From positions 3,609,183 to 3,673,182 of the forward strand of contig NW_002060948.1 in assembly GCF_000150275.1 (NCBI RefSeq): a stretch of 64,000 nt of DNA. The letters are read 5' to 3'. Each line of letters starts with the position of its first letter. The first letter of the stretch is position 1. Positions 50,800-62,465 of the stretch are shown piece by piece. The stretch is from Trichoplax adhaerens. Lineage: Eukaryota > Animalia > Placozoa. Below the pieces are notes generated by a model, which made no database searches, was not told the origin of the DNA, and saw only the letters and a program-made list of their open reading frames with translations. Position numbers and translations under genes: made by a program.

Positions 50800-53700
50800 A
50801 AAAGATTGGAAGAATGGAGAGATGCCGCTCGTCAAGGTGATATCAATACTGTTGAAAACTTAATTAAGCAGGGGATGATGAAAGATGTCAATGAAGATGT
50901 AAGGAAACCAAAAAGTATCGCGATACGACGTAATATCATACTATCTTATTCTCCTTATATTACTTAGAGTAGTGCACAAACCATTTTGCTGCAATCTGTA
51001 GTTAATAGTGCTATCACTTGCAAATATTAGCTACATCCATACGTATGGACACTAATCTAATGTTTCAATAAACCTATATTATATTTTAGCAAAATTAGGA
51101 ATTGCTTATATTGTAACTACTGTGTTAAACGTATTTTAATAGTAATTTCTTGCACTCTAGTTACACTTGTTCAAATTCATAATATTAGAGACATCATTAC
51201 TGATGTTGTATGACGTTACTATTTGTTGTAAGATATATTTATAGAAAACGTAATTATCTACCAACGATGACTTTATTTATTCTTCTCATTATAAATTTAA
51301 TCATTAAAATTTACCCTCATAACTTCCCGTAAAATAAAACCTTCAATACGTACTAACAATTTAATAATTTCCCAATAGTATGTACTGCAGGGACTTTTTA
51401 TTGCTTCACAAGAGGGCCATAAAGATATTGCTGGATTACTTATCAACAACAATTGTCCTGTAAATGGTGTTGGTGAGGTAATTTTAAAATCAAACTAGCC
51501 TATTCATTAGTAGTCAATGGAAATGTAGTATTGAATCAACCGAAATGTGTAACCCTTACCTAATTAAACTGTCCCGTTAATTCGTTTCTAGCATCAGAAA
51601 ACTGCAATTTTTCTTGCTGTAGAAGGAAACAAGAAAGACATGGTAGAATTTTTAATTGATCATGGAGCTTCCCTGAATCATCAAGATCAAGTAAGTCCAT
51701 TACTATGTACTTGCACGCATAATATAATGAATCAATGATGATTACAAAGTAAATCAAGTGAATTTATAGCACCTTAATTATTAACGCAGTAATACCAAGA
51801 TCAAAATATCAAATCGTAGTATCTACTTCTTACTTATGTATTTTTGGATAGTAATTCATTGCTGCCTTTATTTGATAGAACTCGCATAACGTATTGATGC
51901 TTGCTGCTCGGCTCGGTTTTCAAGAAATGGTAGACCTTTTAATACAAAAAGGTTGCCCCGTGGATTACAGAGACGTTGTAGGTTTAACACTGTAATAAGT
52001 GCTTTACAATCATACTGTAGACATTTTTGTACATTCCCACAATGTCAGTAAGCTAGCACGTAGCTTAAACATGAACGATAGCGTATGCTCTAAGTGGCTA
52101 CGGTGTTACAATATGTATAACTACTTATATACTCCTGTTTTATAAAATTTTTAATGCTAGGAGGGCAAAAGTGCGTTAATGCACGCTATTATTGTTGGTA
52201 ACTGTGAAATTGCAATACTATTACTTAATCGAGGTTCCAAAGTAAACGCTACAGATTTGGTAAGGACATACAGATACTAAGATGGCTGTAACGAGTTATT
52301 CTGAATTAGGTCTATTCAATATACTGTAAATGGTATACTTATTATGCTCCCCTCTTTTTGATGATTATACCAGAAAGGAACTAGTTGTTTACATTACGCT
52401 GTTATGCATCGTCGCACCGATATTATTCCCATTCTATTTCAGTTTAAAGCTTATAAAGATGCCACTGATAAGGTAATATAACAAGATATACATTTTTATC
52501 TTGGTTGAACACGCTAAAAAATGATAAATTTCTCTTTTTTGACTGCTATACCAGCAAAATTCTAATGCATTAATGCACGCCATTAGTATGGGAGAAGTAG
52601 AGATAGTTAGAATGCTATTGGAATACAAATGTAGCGTGGAAGCTGTTAAAAGAGTTAGTTCGAAGTGAATTGAGTTATATCAGAGTACTCGATCTCTAAT
52701 TGGTATCTACTGTGGTTGTTTTTAGCACAAACTTTGGATTGCTCTGCACCAAGCCGCATGGGAAGCTGATGAAGATATTACCAAACTGTTACTCGAATTT
52801 GGCTCTGACCCTAATAGTACCAATAGCGTATGTTAATATGCAGTGTTAATACCCCGAAGTTAGAAATTAATTTGTGCCAGCAATCGAATCATTTGCAGTT
52901 ACAGCCTTGCGGTTACGGAATTAGTGCTTTATATTTAACAAATTTCCTAAATCAATGATTGAAGCGTATGTTTTGATGATTTTAGGAAGGTATAACAGCG
53001 ATTATCAGCGCTATTCAAGGCGCGAAACATAAGTCTGTTCTGGATGCAGTTATCAGAGTTATTGGCGTTTTAGCTGGGTATGGCTGTAACGTTAATGCCG
53101 GCGATAAAGTAAGTTATTACTAAATAGCTAGCTATCGATAATCGCTCAGTATGTATACAGGATGACACATGAGATATTTAGTTGTATGCCCTTGAACTTT
53201 TATTAACTAATTGAGATTAATTACCGAAAAATTCTGTATACGCTAGTACAGTACAGTTGGGAAATTGTAGACTATTTCATAGGGCACCTACCAGCACTGT
53301 GTTATGACATTCCTACTGCAATGCATATTTACCATACACTTTACAAGTATTGTTTACGAGTTTGTCATTAATAATACACCATGAGTTGCTTGTCTTGTTA
53401 TAAACATAGAATTTTTCCTTGCGTATAATCAACTAATTTACAGCATTAGAAAATGCGTAACCAAATGTCATTTCCTGATTTTAGCGCTTTGGTGACTCGG
53501 CTATTATGTACGCAGCTCGGTTTGGCTTTCATGAAGTAATCGAAGCATTAGTACATCTTGGTGCCGATCCTAACTACCTAAACAAGGTTAATTGCTTAAA
53601 TAAGTTAAAAAAGTGACAAAATTAATCAGCTTAATGCTAGTTTTTGTACTATAAAATTTAAATAGATTGAAAATTTTAGTATAAACTATTGGATATCACA

Positions 53701-55942
53701 TCATAACTTTAATATTGTAGCGGTATTCTGTAGACATTTTCTAGTAGTCCTTGTATCTTGCCATGGTGACTAATTTATGCTACATAGTTAATCTTTAGGA
53801 ATACTCTTAAAATTCGTGTAGGAAAAATATCTTAAATTTGCCTCAAATTAGTAACTAAAATCTTAAATATTGATAATAAACTCTCTGTAATATCGAGGTT
53901 AATAATTTTTTCTACTTAGAATAATGAAACGCCTGTAATAACCTGTATCAAACATTATTATGGATCTAAAAAAGCCCTTTATCTTCAATCTATTGAGACT
54001 TTGGCCAAAAGTGGAGCAATCCTAGACTATTGTGCCGGAGTAAAAATTATTAATTTACTATCGACTAATGTTATACAGTACCTTTCTATAGATACTTGCT
54101 AATAAACTTGAAACAGTAAAGATGTTAGAGATTTTCGTAAATCTTATCTTAAAATGCCTGTACAGGTATCCATTTGTATAGCAATTCATGTCATTAACCT
54201 AGACTAAGGCATTCAAATTGTATAGGGACAAACGCCACTATTGTATGCGACGCGCCTAGCAAGAGATGAATGTGTGAACAAACTACTAAGTCTGGGTGCG
54301 AATCCTCATATAACAGATGAGGTGAGCGTTCGCTACTTTTAATAATACACAAGATGTTATCAACCGTTTATTATTCATGTTTTGCTTTATTATATTCTAC
54401 TGTCGTACCTTTTCTGTTAATACGTATGATTGCTATAAAGTATTTTATCAATATATTTCTTAAATTGTATAGTTATAATATGAATTTCAATTTATTAGAA
54501 TCAAGTGAATGCACTTATAGTAGCTACCCAGATTATTCCACGGAATCGTTTAGTTAGAGGCCATTACCAACGTATTTTGACTTACCTGCTTAAGACTGGC
54601 GTTAACGTTAATCATCAAGACGCGGTAATTAATTGAATAATTATAGTTAACATTATCGTACTGTAATACTGTATACAGTAATATCGTGAAGATGTAGTGT
54701 ATAGTACTGTGTAGGTATCACTGTCATAACATTGATATAAATAGAAAGCAAGAAAAGTCTGTCTAACCAAAACAAGTTATCTCCTCTACTAGGCTGGAAA
54801 TACCGCTATTATATTTGCGGTAAAAAACGAGCAAGATCGGTACATTAAAGTTCTTCTTAATAACGGTGCAAATCCTTATATTACTAACAAGGTATCTATC
54901 CAAAATGAAATGGACTTATAACCTATGGGGATAGTAGTGTTATTAAAGACTGTATTTGATTAATCTAGGAAGGGATATCCGCATTGCAAATATGTGAAGC
55001 AGTTAAAGATTCATATATTAAAGAGCAATTCCGGTACTTTCAAGAGATACGACGGGTAAAGTCACCAGAATTAGTAATGAAAATCTTTTTAGTTTTATCG
55101 TTAAATCATGTAGTATTAAAAAGTTTAAGACGAACAGTCGTATAGGTGTATAAGATCCAGTTCAATATTTATTGCAGCAGTTTTGTAATGCTATTCATAT
55201 TGCATTACGCTAAGCTAATTGCTCTATCCGTGGGAATAGTTATAATCTACTTTTTTGATACTTATGTTGATAACCCTCATATATCCAGTGGTTAGCTTTA
55301 TCCTTACGGATTCTTTATAACCTTCTCAAGGAGGTCTACGAAGGAGCCGCAGTTAGCGATACCGTTGATGGGAATCCCAGTAATCTGTACCAGAATAATT
55401 CCCCTATAGAAAGCACAGATGATAACACGTCAACTGATGCTGCTAAACCCATTAATCTACTCCCGAACAGTCCTTCTCTAGCAAGTACAGATGATAACAA
55501 GTCAACTGATGTTGCTAATTCCGTTAATCTACTCCCGAACAATCCTCCTGTAACAAGCACAGATAGTAACAAATCAACTGGTGAAACTGATGCGACAAAA
55601 GGTGCTAGCAATGATCGTATGATTGATCCTGCGATAACCCCAGCTGTATCAGATGACCAAAAGGAAACAAGTCTAGAAGTAGAGGCCCAAAAACGGTACG
55701 TCGTGATTGTAGCTGCTATAGTATGATGTGCAAGGTTTTCATTAACTGGCTATGACTCATTTTTCAATGTTAGCTAATGGAATAAACATTGTAGATGTGT
55801 TCAGTGTACTATATTTCCAGAAAGTCTTAAAATATTATTATCTAGCTAAGTATTCATAGACAATTATCTTTATTTCTTTCGTAGAGGGCAAGAAACTCAC
55901 CAAAATGAGCAAAGGCGTTCGAAACGATTACGATTAAAGTGA
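50800..55942 (+). CDS. Ankyrin-repeat protein (~14-15 repeats, about one per exon) with low-complexity tail; start exon unresolved
   Basis: Phase-0 exons of mostly ~90-125 bp start at ~50800, 51391, 51592, 51879, 52161, 52374, 52555, 52726, 52986, 53485, 53920, 54226, 54499, 54793 and 54969. Examples: GLFIASQEGHKDIAGLLI, EGKSALMHAIIVGNCEIAILLLNRGS, GQTPLLYATRLARDECVNKLLSLGANP. These are followed by an exon at ~55331-55695 and a last exon at 55886-55942 ending RRSKRLRLK*. Confidence 0.88.
55382..55585 (+). repeat. Coding 72-bp (24-aa) tandem repeat x3 within the ankyrin gene
   Basis: NLYQNNSPIESTDDNTSTDAAKPI / NLLPNSPSLASTDDNKSTDVANSV / NLLPNNPPVTSTDSNKSTG. Confidence 0.85.
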
Positions 55943-57458
55943 TTACATGTTCTGATGGTTAAACTATTTACCATTTTTCAGACAAGTTCAGTCATGAACA
56001 AATTCCTGATTTCTAGCTGCCACTATATTTCTAATTTGCCGAGAAACATTACTGTGCTTTTATATATTGTATAGTATACAAGAGAGAAAGTGTATAACCG
56101 AATTGTAAATGATGGTACTTGTATAAGTTATAATAATTATTATCTTCCTTTTACCAATACAGCCGTCACAAATGCGATGTATACGATAATACGCATTGGC
56201 AATGAAGGTACGTTAGTTAAGCCAATGACGTGAATTTTATATCATGAAGACAACACTACCATTTTATCCCCAATCTAGTCCATAAATTATAAAATTTAGC
56301 TTTATTGACTTATTAATTATATATTCTATTCACTGTATGTTAGCAATCTTGCTATCATACTTACACCTTGACTCGAAGATATCTTTCGTGTAACATACAG
56401 TTTTTAATAATATTTTATTGAACCCATCATTCGATCGACTGCAATTTTTAATAAAAATTTTTTTTAATTTAATAAAGTTGCACCTACTCTAAGGCTAGCA
56501 GATAATTTTATATTTGTATGTCACGTAAGCCGTAGTTGTAAGCTGTACTTATGAGTATACACTCAAAATGATCGACATACAGTAGTGATATTTGACATGT
56601 TAATATATGTTACACTATGACGGCATAGCTCTTTCAAAGCGAATAGATAAGCTGGATACACTATAGTCTATTTATCGCCATCTTTTACAAGAGCACGTAG
56701 AAACGGCGTATATATTTCACGGTATTCACCGTTGAGGCTTGGAACAAAGAGAGGACTACTAAGAAAGATAAGTACAAAGCTCGTTAGCAACTTATTAATG
56801 CATTTTTTGTAATATTTGAAGGCTTAATAACATTACTGATCAACTGGTAGGATATATGATGTTGATATATATAACGAAAGATATACTGTATGCAGACGAT
56901 TGTATTATTCAAATCGGCATTATAACAAACAACTGATGAATCATGTGTAAAAATGGGTTGTAACCTTAACGATAATAAGTTACCAAATTATCCTTAAACT
57001 TGCTAAAAAGTAGAGTTTACATTGTCTGCTAGGAATCAACGCTAATTTAATCCCCTTGGGATATCCGCTATTTTATACATTGTCTTTCAAGTTGGAGATG
57101 CTCTCCAACCGAGCCTATAGTGGATAGCATCTTTTGATTGGTTTTAGGGTTATTACATGTTTTGTTCCTTTATTCTGTTATGACATCATCATTTTTATTC
57201 TTTAATCATCAAGACTCCATGCTAAGGCCAGACTGGGATTAAAAAAACTAGTTGATCAAGTATAAACTCTTATTAGAGTATAATCCTATTTTTTAATCTG
57301 ACGCGCCTCTTTCCAACTGGATAGTTAACTCAATTTGGACTGCCTTGTTAAGGATGTATCGCTTATACTAGTTGTTGTAATCAATCCTTATTCAATAGCA
57401 CTGTCTTGATTAGCTTTTCATCTCATCCATTGGATAGTAAAAGAGAAAAAAATTAGCC

Positions 57459-58100
57459 ATGAATTTCTCTATGAATTTATCGATTTATCCATCAGTCATA
57501 CCAAACGAAATTCGTGTCGATATTGAAAACATGCAGAAAAGACTTGGTTATCATATTAAAAATATCAATTTACTTCTTCAAGCTTTAACAAGGCAAAGTG
57601 CAATTCGCCAAGGTATACACTATGCTAGTAAAAGCAACAATCAACGATTGCAATGGGTAGGTAGTAATATGTTTCACAGTGGGATCGTTTATAAATTGTA
57701 CGAAAAATACGCTAATAATAGTTACATTAGTACCGATTACTTAAACAAAGTAGCAATTAATATTACATCCAATATGGCGTTAGTTGCTGAAATTGGTAAA
57801 CGAATTGGTTTAGCAAGTTGTGTCTTTCGTGGATCAGATGAGGAAATTATCACTTCAGAAATATTAGCTCATACATTTTTGGCCATCTTAGGCTCGATAA
57901 CACTCGATGACGGCGGTCAAAAAGCAGTGCATGATGTTATTGAACGCCATTGGAAATGGTTTCTTGATAATCCTGAAGAGTCATTTAAAAGACGGCCCTC
58001 ATCATTTCATACCCGTATGCCACCTCGTTCAGCGACTATGCCTTCACGACAAAGAATTCGTAGTTCTGATTTCCCAAATCATGGCACTGAAGTCTTATAG
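57459..58100 (+). CDS. Stand-alone RNase III-like protein lacking catalytic residues (pseudo-nuclease), ~200 aa; true 5' end may be an upstream exon
   Basis: MQKRLGYHIKNINLLLQALT, NQRLQWVGS (signature with E->Q and D->S), YKLYE, EIGKRIGL, LAHTFLAILGSITLDD (D->H, E->L). It shares YKLYE, EIGKRxGL and AILG..DD with the 37466 protein. There is a possible acceptor 'ccatcag|' at ~57495. Confidence 0.8.
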   Translation: MNFSMNLSIYPSVIPNEIRVDIENMQKRLGYHIKNINLLLQALTRQSAIRQGIHYASKSNNQRLQWVGSNMFHSGIVYKLYEKYANNSYISTDYLNKVAINITSNMALVAEIGKRIGLASCVFRGSDEEIITSEILAHTFLAILGSITLDDGGQKAVHDVIERHWKWFLDNPEESFKRRPSSFHTRMPPRSATMPSRQRIRSSDFPNHGTEVL

Positions 58101-59038
58101 GTAAAAAAGAGACAAGGCTACTCAAAAGGGAAGCGATGATTTTATCCACTTGTAAATCTAACATCACCTATTTAATCACTTTATTGGTTTATTTTTTGAC
58201 TCTTGATTCAAGAGCTGTTAAATTGATAGCTTAATCGATTGAAGCAATGATAGACTATTTCTTGGTTGATGCGCTTATCGAGAGCAATAATTATACTAGG
58301 CATAAAGTGATGTATGTCAATATAATCGGCCGACAGTTATCAAGGATATACTACCATTAATTTATAATTCTATAATTTGTTTTCTGTGTACTGACTTCAT
58401 GATGTATAGCATAACAGCGAGTAACCTTTTAACTGTAACCATGACAATATTACTACATACATTAATCATTATTTGGTAGTATCGATCATCATACTAGAAT
58501 GATTTGACTAACAAAATAGAAAGGTTAGAGCAAATTGAACTAAATCTATCTCAACAGTTACAACATTGGTTTAACGCTATTGCCAGTGAGAGTGCTGTAA
58601 AAGTTATCGTGTAGCAGTGGATTATAATTAGCAGTCTACCTTTCTATTTGTATCGAATTCTTTACGACACTATTATTTGTTACCTTGCATGAAGATATAT
58701 TACAATAAAAGATAGAGTCAATAAAAGCAACGTTTATTGGATTAAAGTAATCCGAATTGTTATAAGCAACAGGTTACAGGATCTACTTGAAGTCAACAAG
58801 GTATACTAACCTATTTTAATAATAATCATAATGAATAATAAAACTTCAATTGAGTGCGGTACATGATCTATTGGCTAGCAGGTACGATATCGATTAAAGA
58901 TAGGCCATTAAATTATGAATTAGCTGATATCATTGCTATGAAAGGTTAGAATCATATCCTTTTACAACGGCATCTCTATATCCATTTTCAACAATCTGGT
59001 GGTTATTGATGGTATTGATGGAGAAAGTTGAACTAGTG

Positions 59039-62000
59039 TTAGCTTTCTTCATCAGTACTGTCCGAGTCGCGGTCGCTAAGATCATTTAGATCGAATTCCT
59101 CGGCAAGCTTTGGACAGAATCGATGCACCAAATCGACACCTGTTTCGTCATTAAAATTCCTTCTCTTCCATGATGCTCCATACTTTAGCAATAATTGAAT
59201 TCGTTCCACTTTGTCCGAAAAGGAAAGGCCTTTCGTTCTTATCAACAGATGTATTGGTAGATCGCCTTTACTCGATTGGGTATGGTAGTTAACGTTGTTA
59301 ATACCAAGGACAATTCCTTCGATATCCTCCAGTGTACTAGTTTGACTACATAGACAACTGGGTAATTTGTTATGATCTGCCACAGGTAGTGGTTTCTTGC
59401 CTTTTCTCATAGGATTTACAAAATACGATTCACGGTAGAACGTTCTACTCGTTGATTCCATATTTGTTTGATTCTGATTGATGGCGTTTCGTTTTGGCCT
59501 TTGCTTGTTTACTCTAGGCCATTTGTTCTTTCCACGTACTTTTGTTGAAGCTGCATTAGCATTATTTACATCGGTAGCATGCCATTTTGGATTAGAGCTC
59601 TTTTCCGCTGAATTGTTCATAACATGATCATCATTCGTTGGCTCAACTTTAACCTTAATGGTGGTTAATTTGTTGACATTCGGTTTGGTTTCTTGGAAAT
59701 GATTATTATGGTTATAAACAGTAGCAGAACTACCAGTAGTAGGTGTATCGACCTGAGTGTCAGTGGGTTCTAATTTTATAGTAGGCTTTGAACCAGCAAG
59801 CTTACCATACGATTGTTTTGACTGATTGATATTTTCATTTCGATCACGTAAATCATCCGTTAGATCCCTTTTGACGCTTTCTTTACAATCTTCAACTTGT
59901 TCAATAAAGTCGCTTGAAATATTTCCTGCTAAATCTCTACCACTCTCTCCACAATTATTCCTCTTATCCCAGTCAGCACCATATTTTAATAAAAATCGCA
60001 AACGGTGTATTTTTTCCCTTTGGGATAATGTACATGCTCTAATTAACGCCATGATTAAAGTATCGCCACGTCGATTAGGATAACGCCGATTGACATCAAT
60101 ACGACGCAATTTTAATGCTACTAGTCTGAGATTGCAATCGACGGTAATAATTTGTCGAAAAATCAATTTTAACGTTGTATCTTCATAGCCCAATTCTGTA
60201 TGATTTTGTTCCATGTATCGTTTTTGATCTTTATGTGATTCTCTATCACGAAGTGCTGCTCTGAATGCTTGTCCATAACTTGATTCTTCAATCCATTGAA
60301 CTAATTGTGGGCAGAATTGGTACAAGACATCGATAGCACTAATGTTGCCGCTATCTGTAGCATTCCAATCAGCATTGCAATCTAATAATAACTGAATTCG
60401 TTTCCATTTATCTTTATCACTTAAGCTACTAGCCACCAGTACCTTAATTAAAGGCGTATAACCATTTACAGTTGAGTCAGGCTCGTTGATGCAAGAACTT
60501 TCACGTTGGATAATCGACTGTAAAAGTTTAAAGTCGATATTGGGCTGATCGATTGCATGATATAGATCAGGAATAACGGACGTGTTATTTCCTTGAGCTG
60601 GACGTTTTTCCTTGACACTAGCGCTTGATGATGATGCTACCTTACAAGATATCGATTCTAGTACACTTTTAATTTCATTTTTGAATAATTTCTCAATCAC
60701 ATTACCGACATATAACAAGCTACCATCGCTATCTTTGTAGACTAGGCCAACCACAGCAAAGAGTAATCGATCGTAGGAGCTGCATTCACCATTATCCATT
60801 AATTCTGCCAAACCACTGCGTTTACCAACCTAGTGAATAAATTTCGAATCATTTAACCATGATATCAATCGCCGAGAAAGCTTAAGGTAATCAAAATACT
60901 CATTCTTATGGGCATCCTAGATGAAAAAAGATGATTTGACTTCTATTTGTAGTGGCAAGCAATCTATTGAACATTCATTGTAAAACATTGCTAATGTAGG
61001 CGACTTTGCGCATTTTCTCTATGGGGTGATGTCAACAAGACCAAGCATAACTCTAGGTTAAAAGAAGAAATATTTCTTCCTAGTGCTTTCTACTGCTTCC
61101 GATAAAGTGGTTTAAAGTTAGCCTACATTGGAGTATGTTTCCTGTCTGCATTCTTGTCAATGGGCCATTTGATCTCAGCAAAAGGAAATTCAAGATTGCT
61201 ACTGTAGACGACGATTACTTTGCCTATTTTTGTCCATGGCCATTGGCCAAGCTCGACTCGACCCTAAAGGAATTGCATTTCTTATTTTTATTGCTTTTTA
61301 CTGCTTATTCTATAATCATAATGTGAATTCAACGTAAACCTAGATTGTAGCCTATTTCCTGTCAGCATTCTTGTTTATTGGCTAATCATTCATATAATGA
61401 TAATGAATGCATGAATCGAAGCAAAAGGAAATTGAAGATTGCTATTCTAGGCGCCCATTATTGTGTGCATTTCTAGAGGGGCTTTGAAAAGGGATTTTTG
61501 TTGAAAAGTCCATGGCCAAAGCATATAACTCGACACTAAAGGGACTTATTTATTAATTTTTACTGCTGCTAATTCGATCATCATAAGGCGAGTTACAATT
61601 TAACCTAGATGGTAGCATGTTTCCTATTGGCATTCTTGTGGCTAACAAATAATTCAATGGTAATGGATGAATTCATCAGAGCAAAATGAAATTCAAGATT
61701 GCTCTTCTAGGCGCCCGACTATTTTGTCTATTTTTATAGGGGCTTTGAAGACAGCGCTAAAGCAATTATTTCTTATTATCGTTTTCCATTGCTGCCAATC
61801 ATGGAGACTAAAGGTGAATTGAAATTAAAGGCGTATTTGCATTCTTGTCGCCTACAAGTTTACTAGCAATAGATGCTTGCCTTCCATTTCATTAGCAATG
61901 GACATGGCAAAAAAGAGCATGGAAGAGTGGCAGTTTTTTTAACCCGACTCCAGACTTGATCCAGTCTATCGTCTATTGACATTTACTGTTGCAACATGTA

Positions 62001-62465
62001 GGAAGCAAGCCTAGAGAATTATGTTCAAGTCGGATGGATCATGACTGACGCCATGATGGTAATTTGGTGTTTGTGCTGCCTTTCGTTCATGCTCAAGGAA
62101 TAAAGATGGAACAATTTGTTGCAGCCATGATAGCACTTGCTTGTCGTCTACCATGCAATCTACCTCCTACTAAAACATGACTCCTATGTAGAATTTTCAT
62201 ACCTCGTTGACAACATCGCTCTCTAAAAGCCATCGAACGAAGTGGTGGGCTGAATCTTGACTGATAAAGCCTTGATTATGAGGTATAATCCTTCCCTCGA
62301 AATAAAGCTTAAGAAATCGCTTGCCTCGACCAATAGGATCTTCATCATTGGCCGACCAGACAGGGTAATCCACACTCCACATTGCATCTCTTAATAAGTT
62401 TGGATTTTGAATTTTATAACCCGTTTTCTCATGGAATATTTGCGCTCGGCGATTTTGCGAATCCT
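59039..62465 (-). CDS. Degenerate RNase III-like domain + three ankyrin-like modules; at least 2 exons, start exon upstream unresolved
   Basis: Exon 62465-62203 (acceptor ttcttcttgtcttgttag, donor GAG|GTATGA) encodes FHEKTGYKIQNPNLLRDAM...GKRFLKLYF...WLLESDVVNE. It splices in phase 0 (acceptor ttcactag) to exon 60829-59039, VGKRSGLAEL...DRLLFAVVGLVYKDS...VIEKLF, recreating the EIGKRLGL motif across the junction. Three modules follow: GYTPLI..KWKRIQLLLDCNADW, GDTLIM..KIHRLRFLLKYGADW and GDLPIH..KVERIQLLLKYGASW. Confidence 0.82.
61120..61860. repeat. Degenerate tandem repeat (~215-265-bp unit, 3+ copies) inside the intron of the 62465-59039 gene
   Basis: 'tttcct....gcattcttgt' at ~61138, 61355 and 61620, with a partial copy near 61836. 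The three full copies are followed by 'aaa(g/t)gaaatt(c/g)aagattgct'. Confidence 0.8.

Noticed and set aside
55336-55611. Minus-strand 91-aa repetitive ORF
   Set aside because: Antisense of the 72-bp repeat exon of the ankyrin gene.
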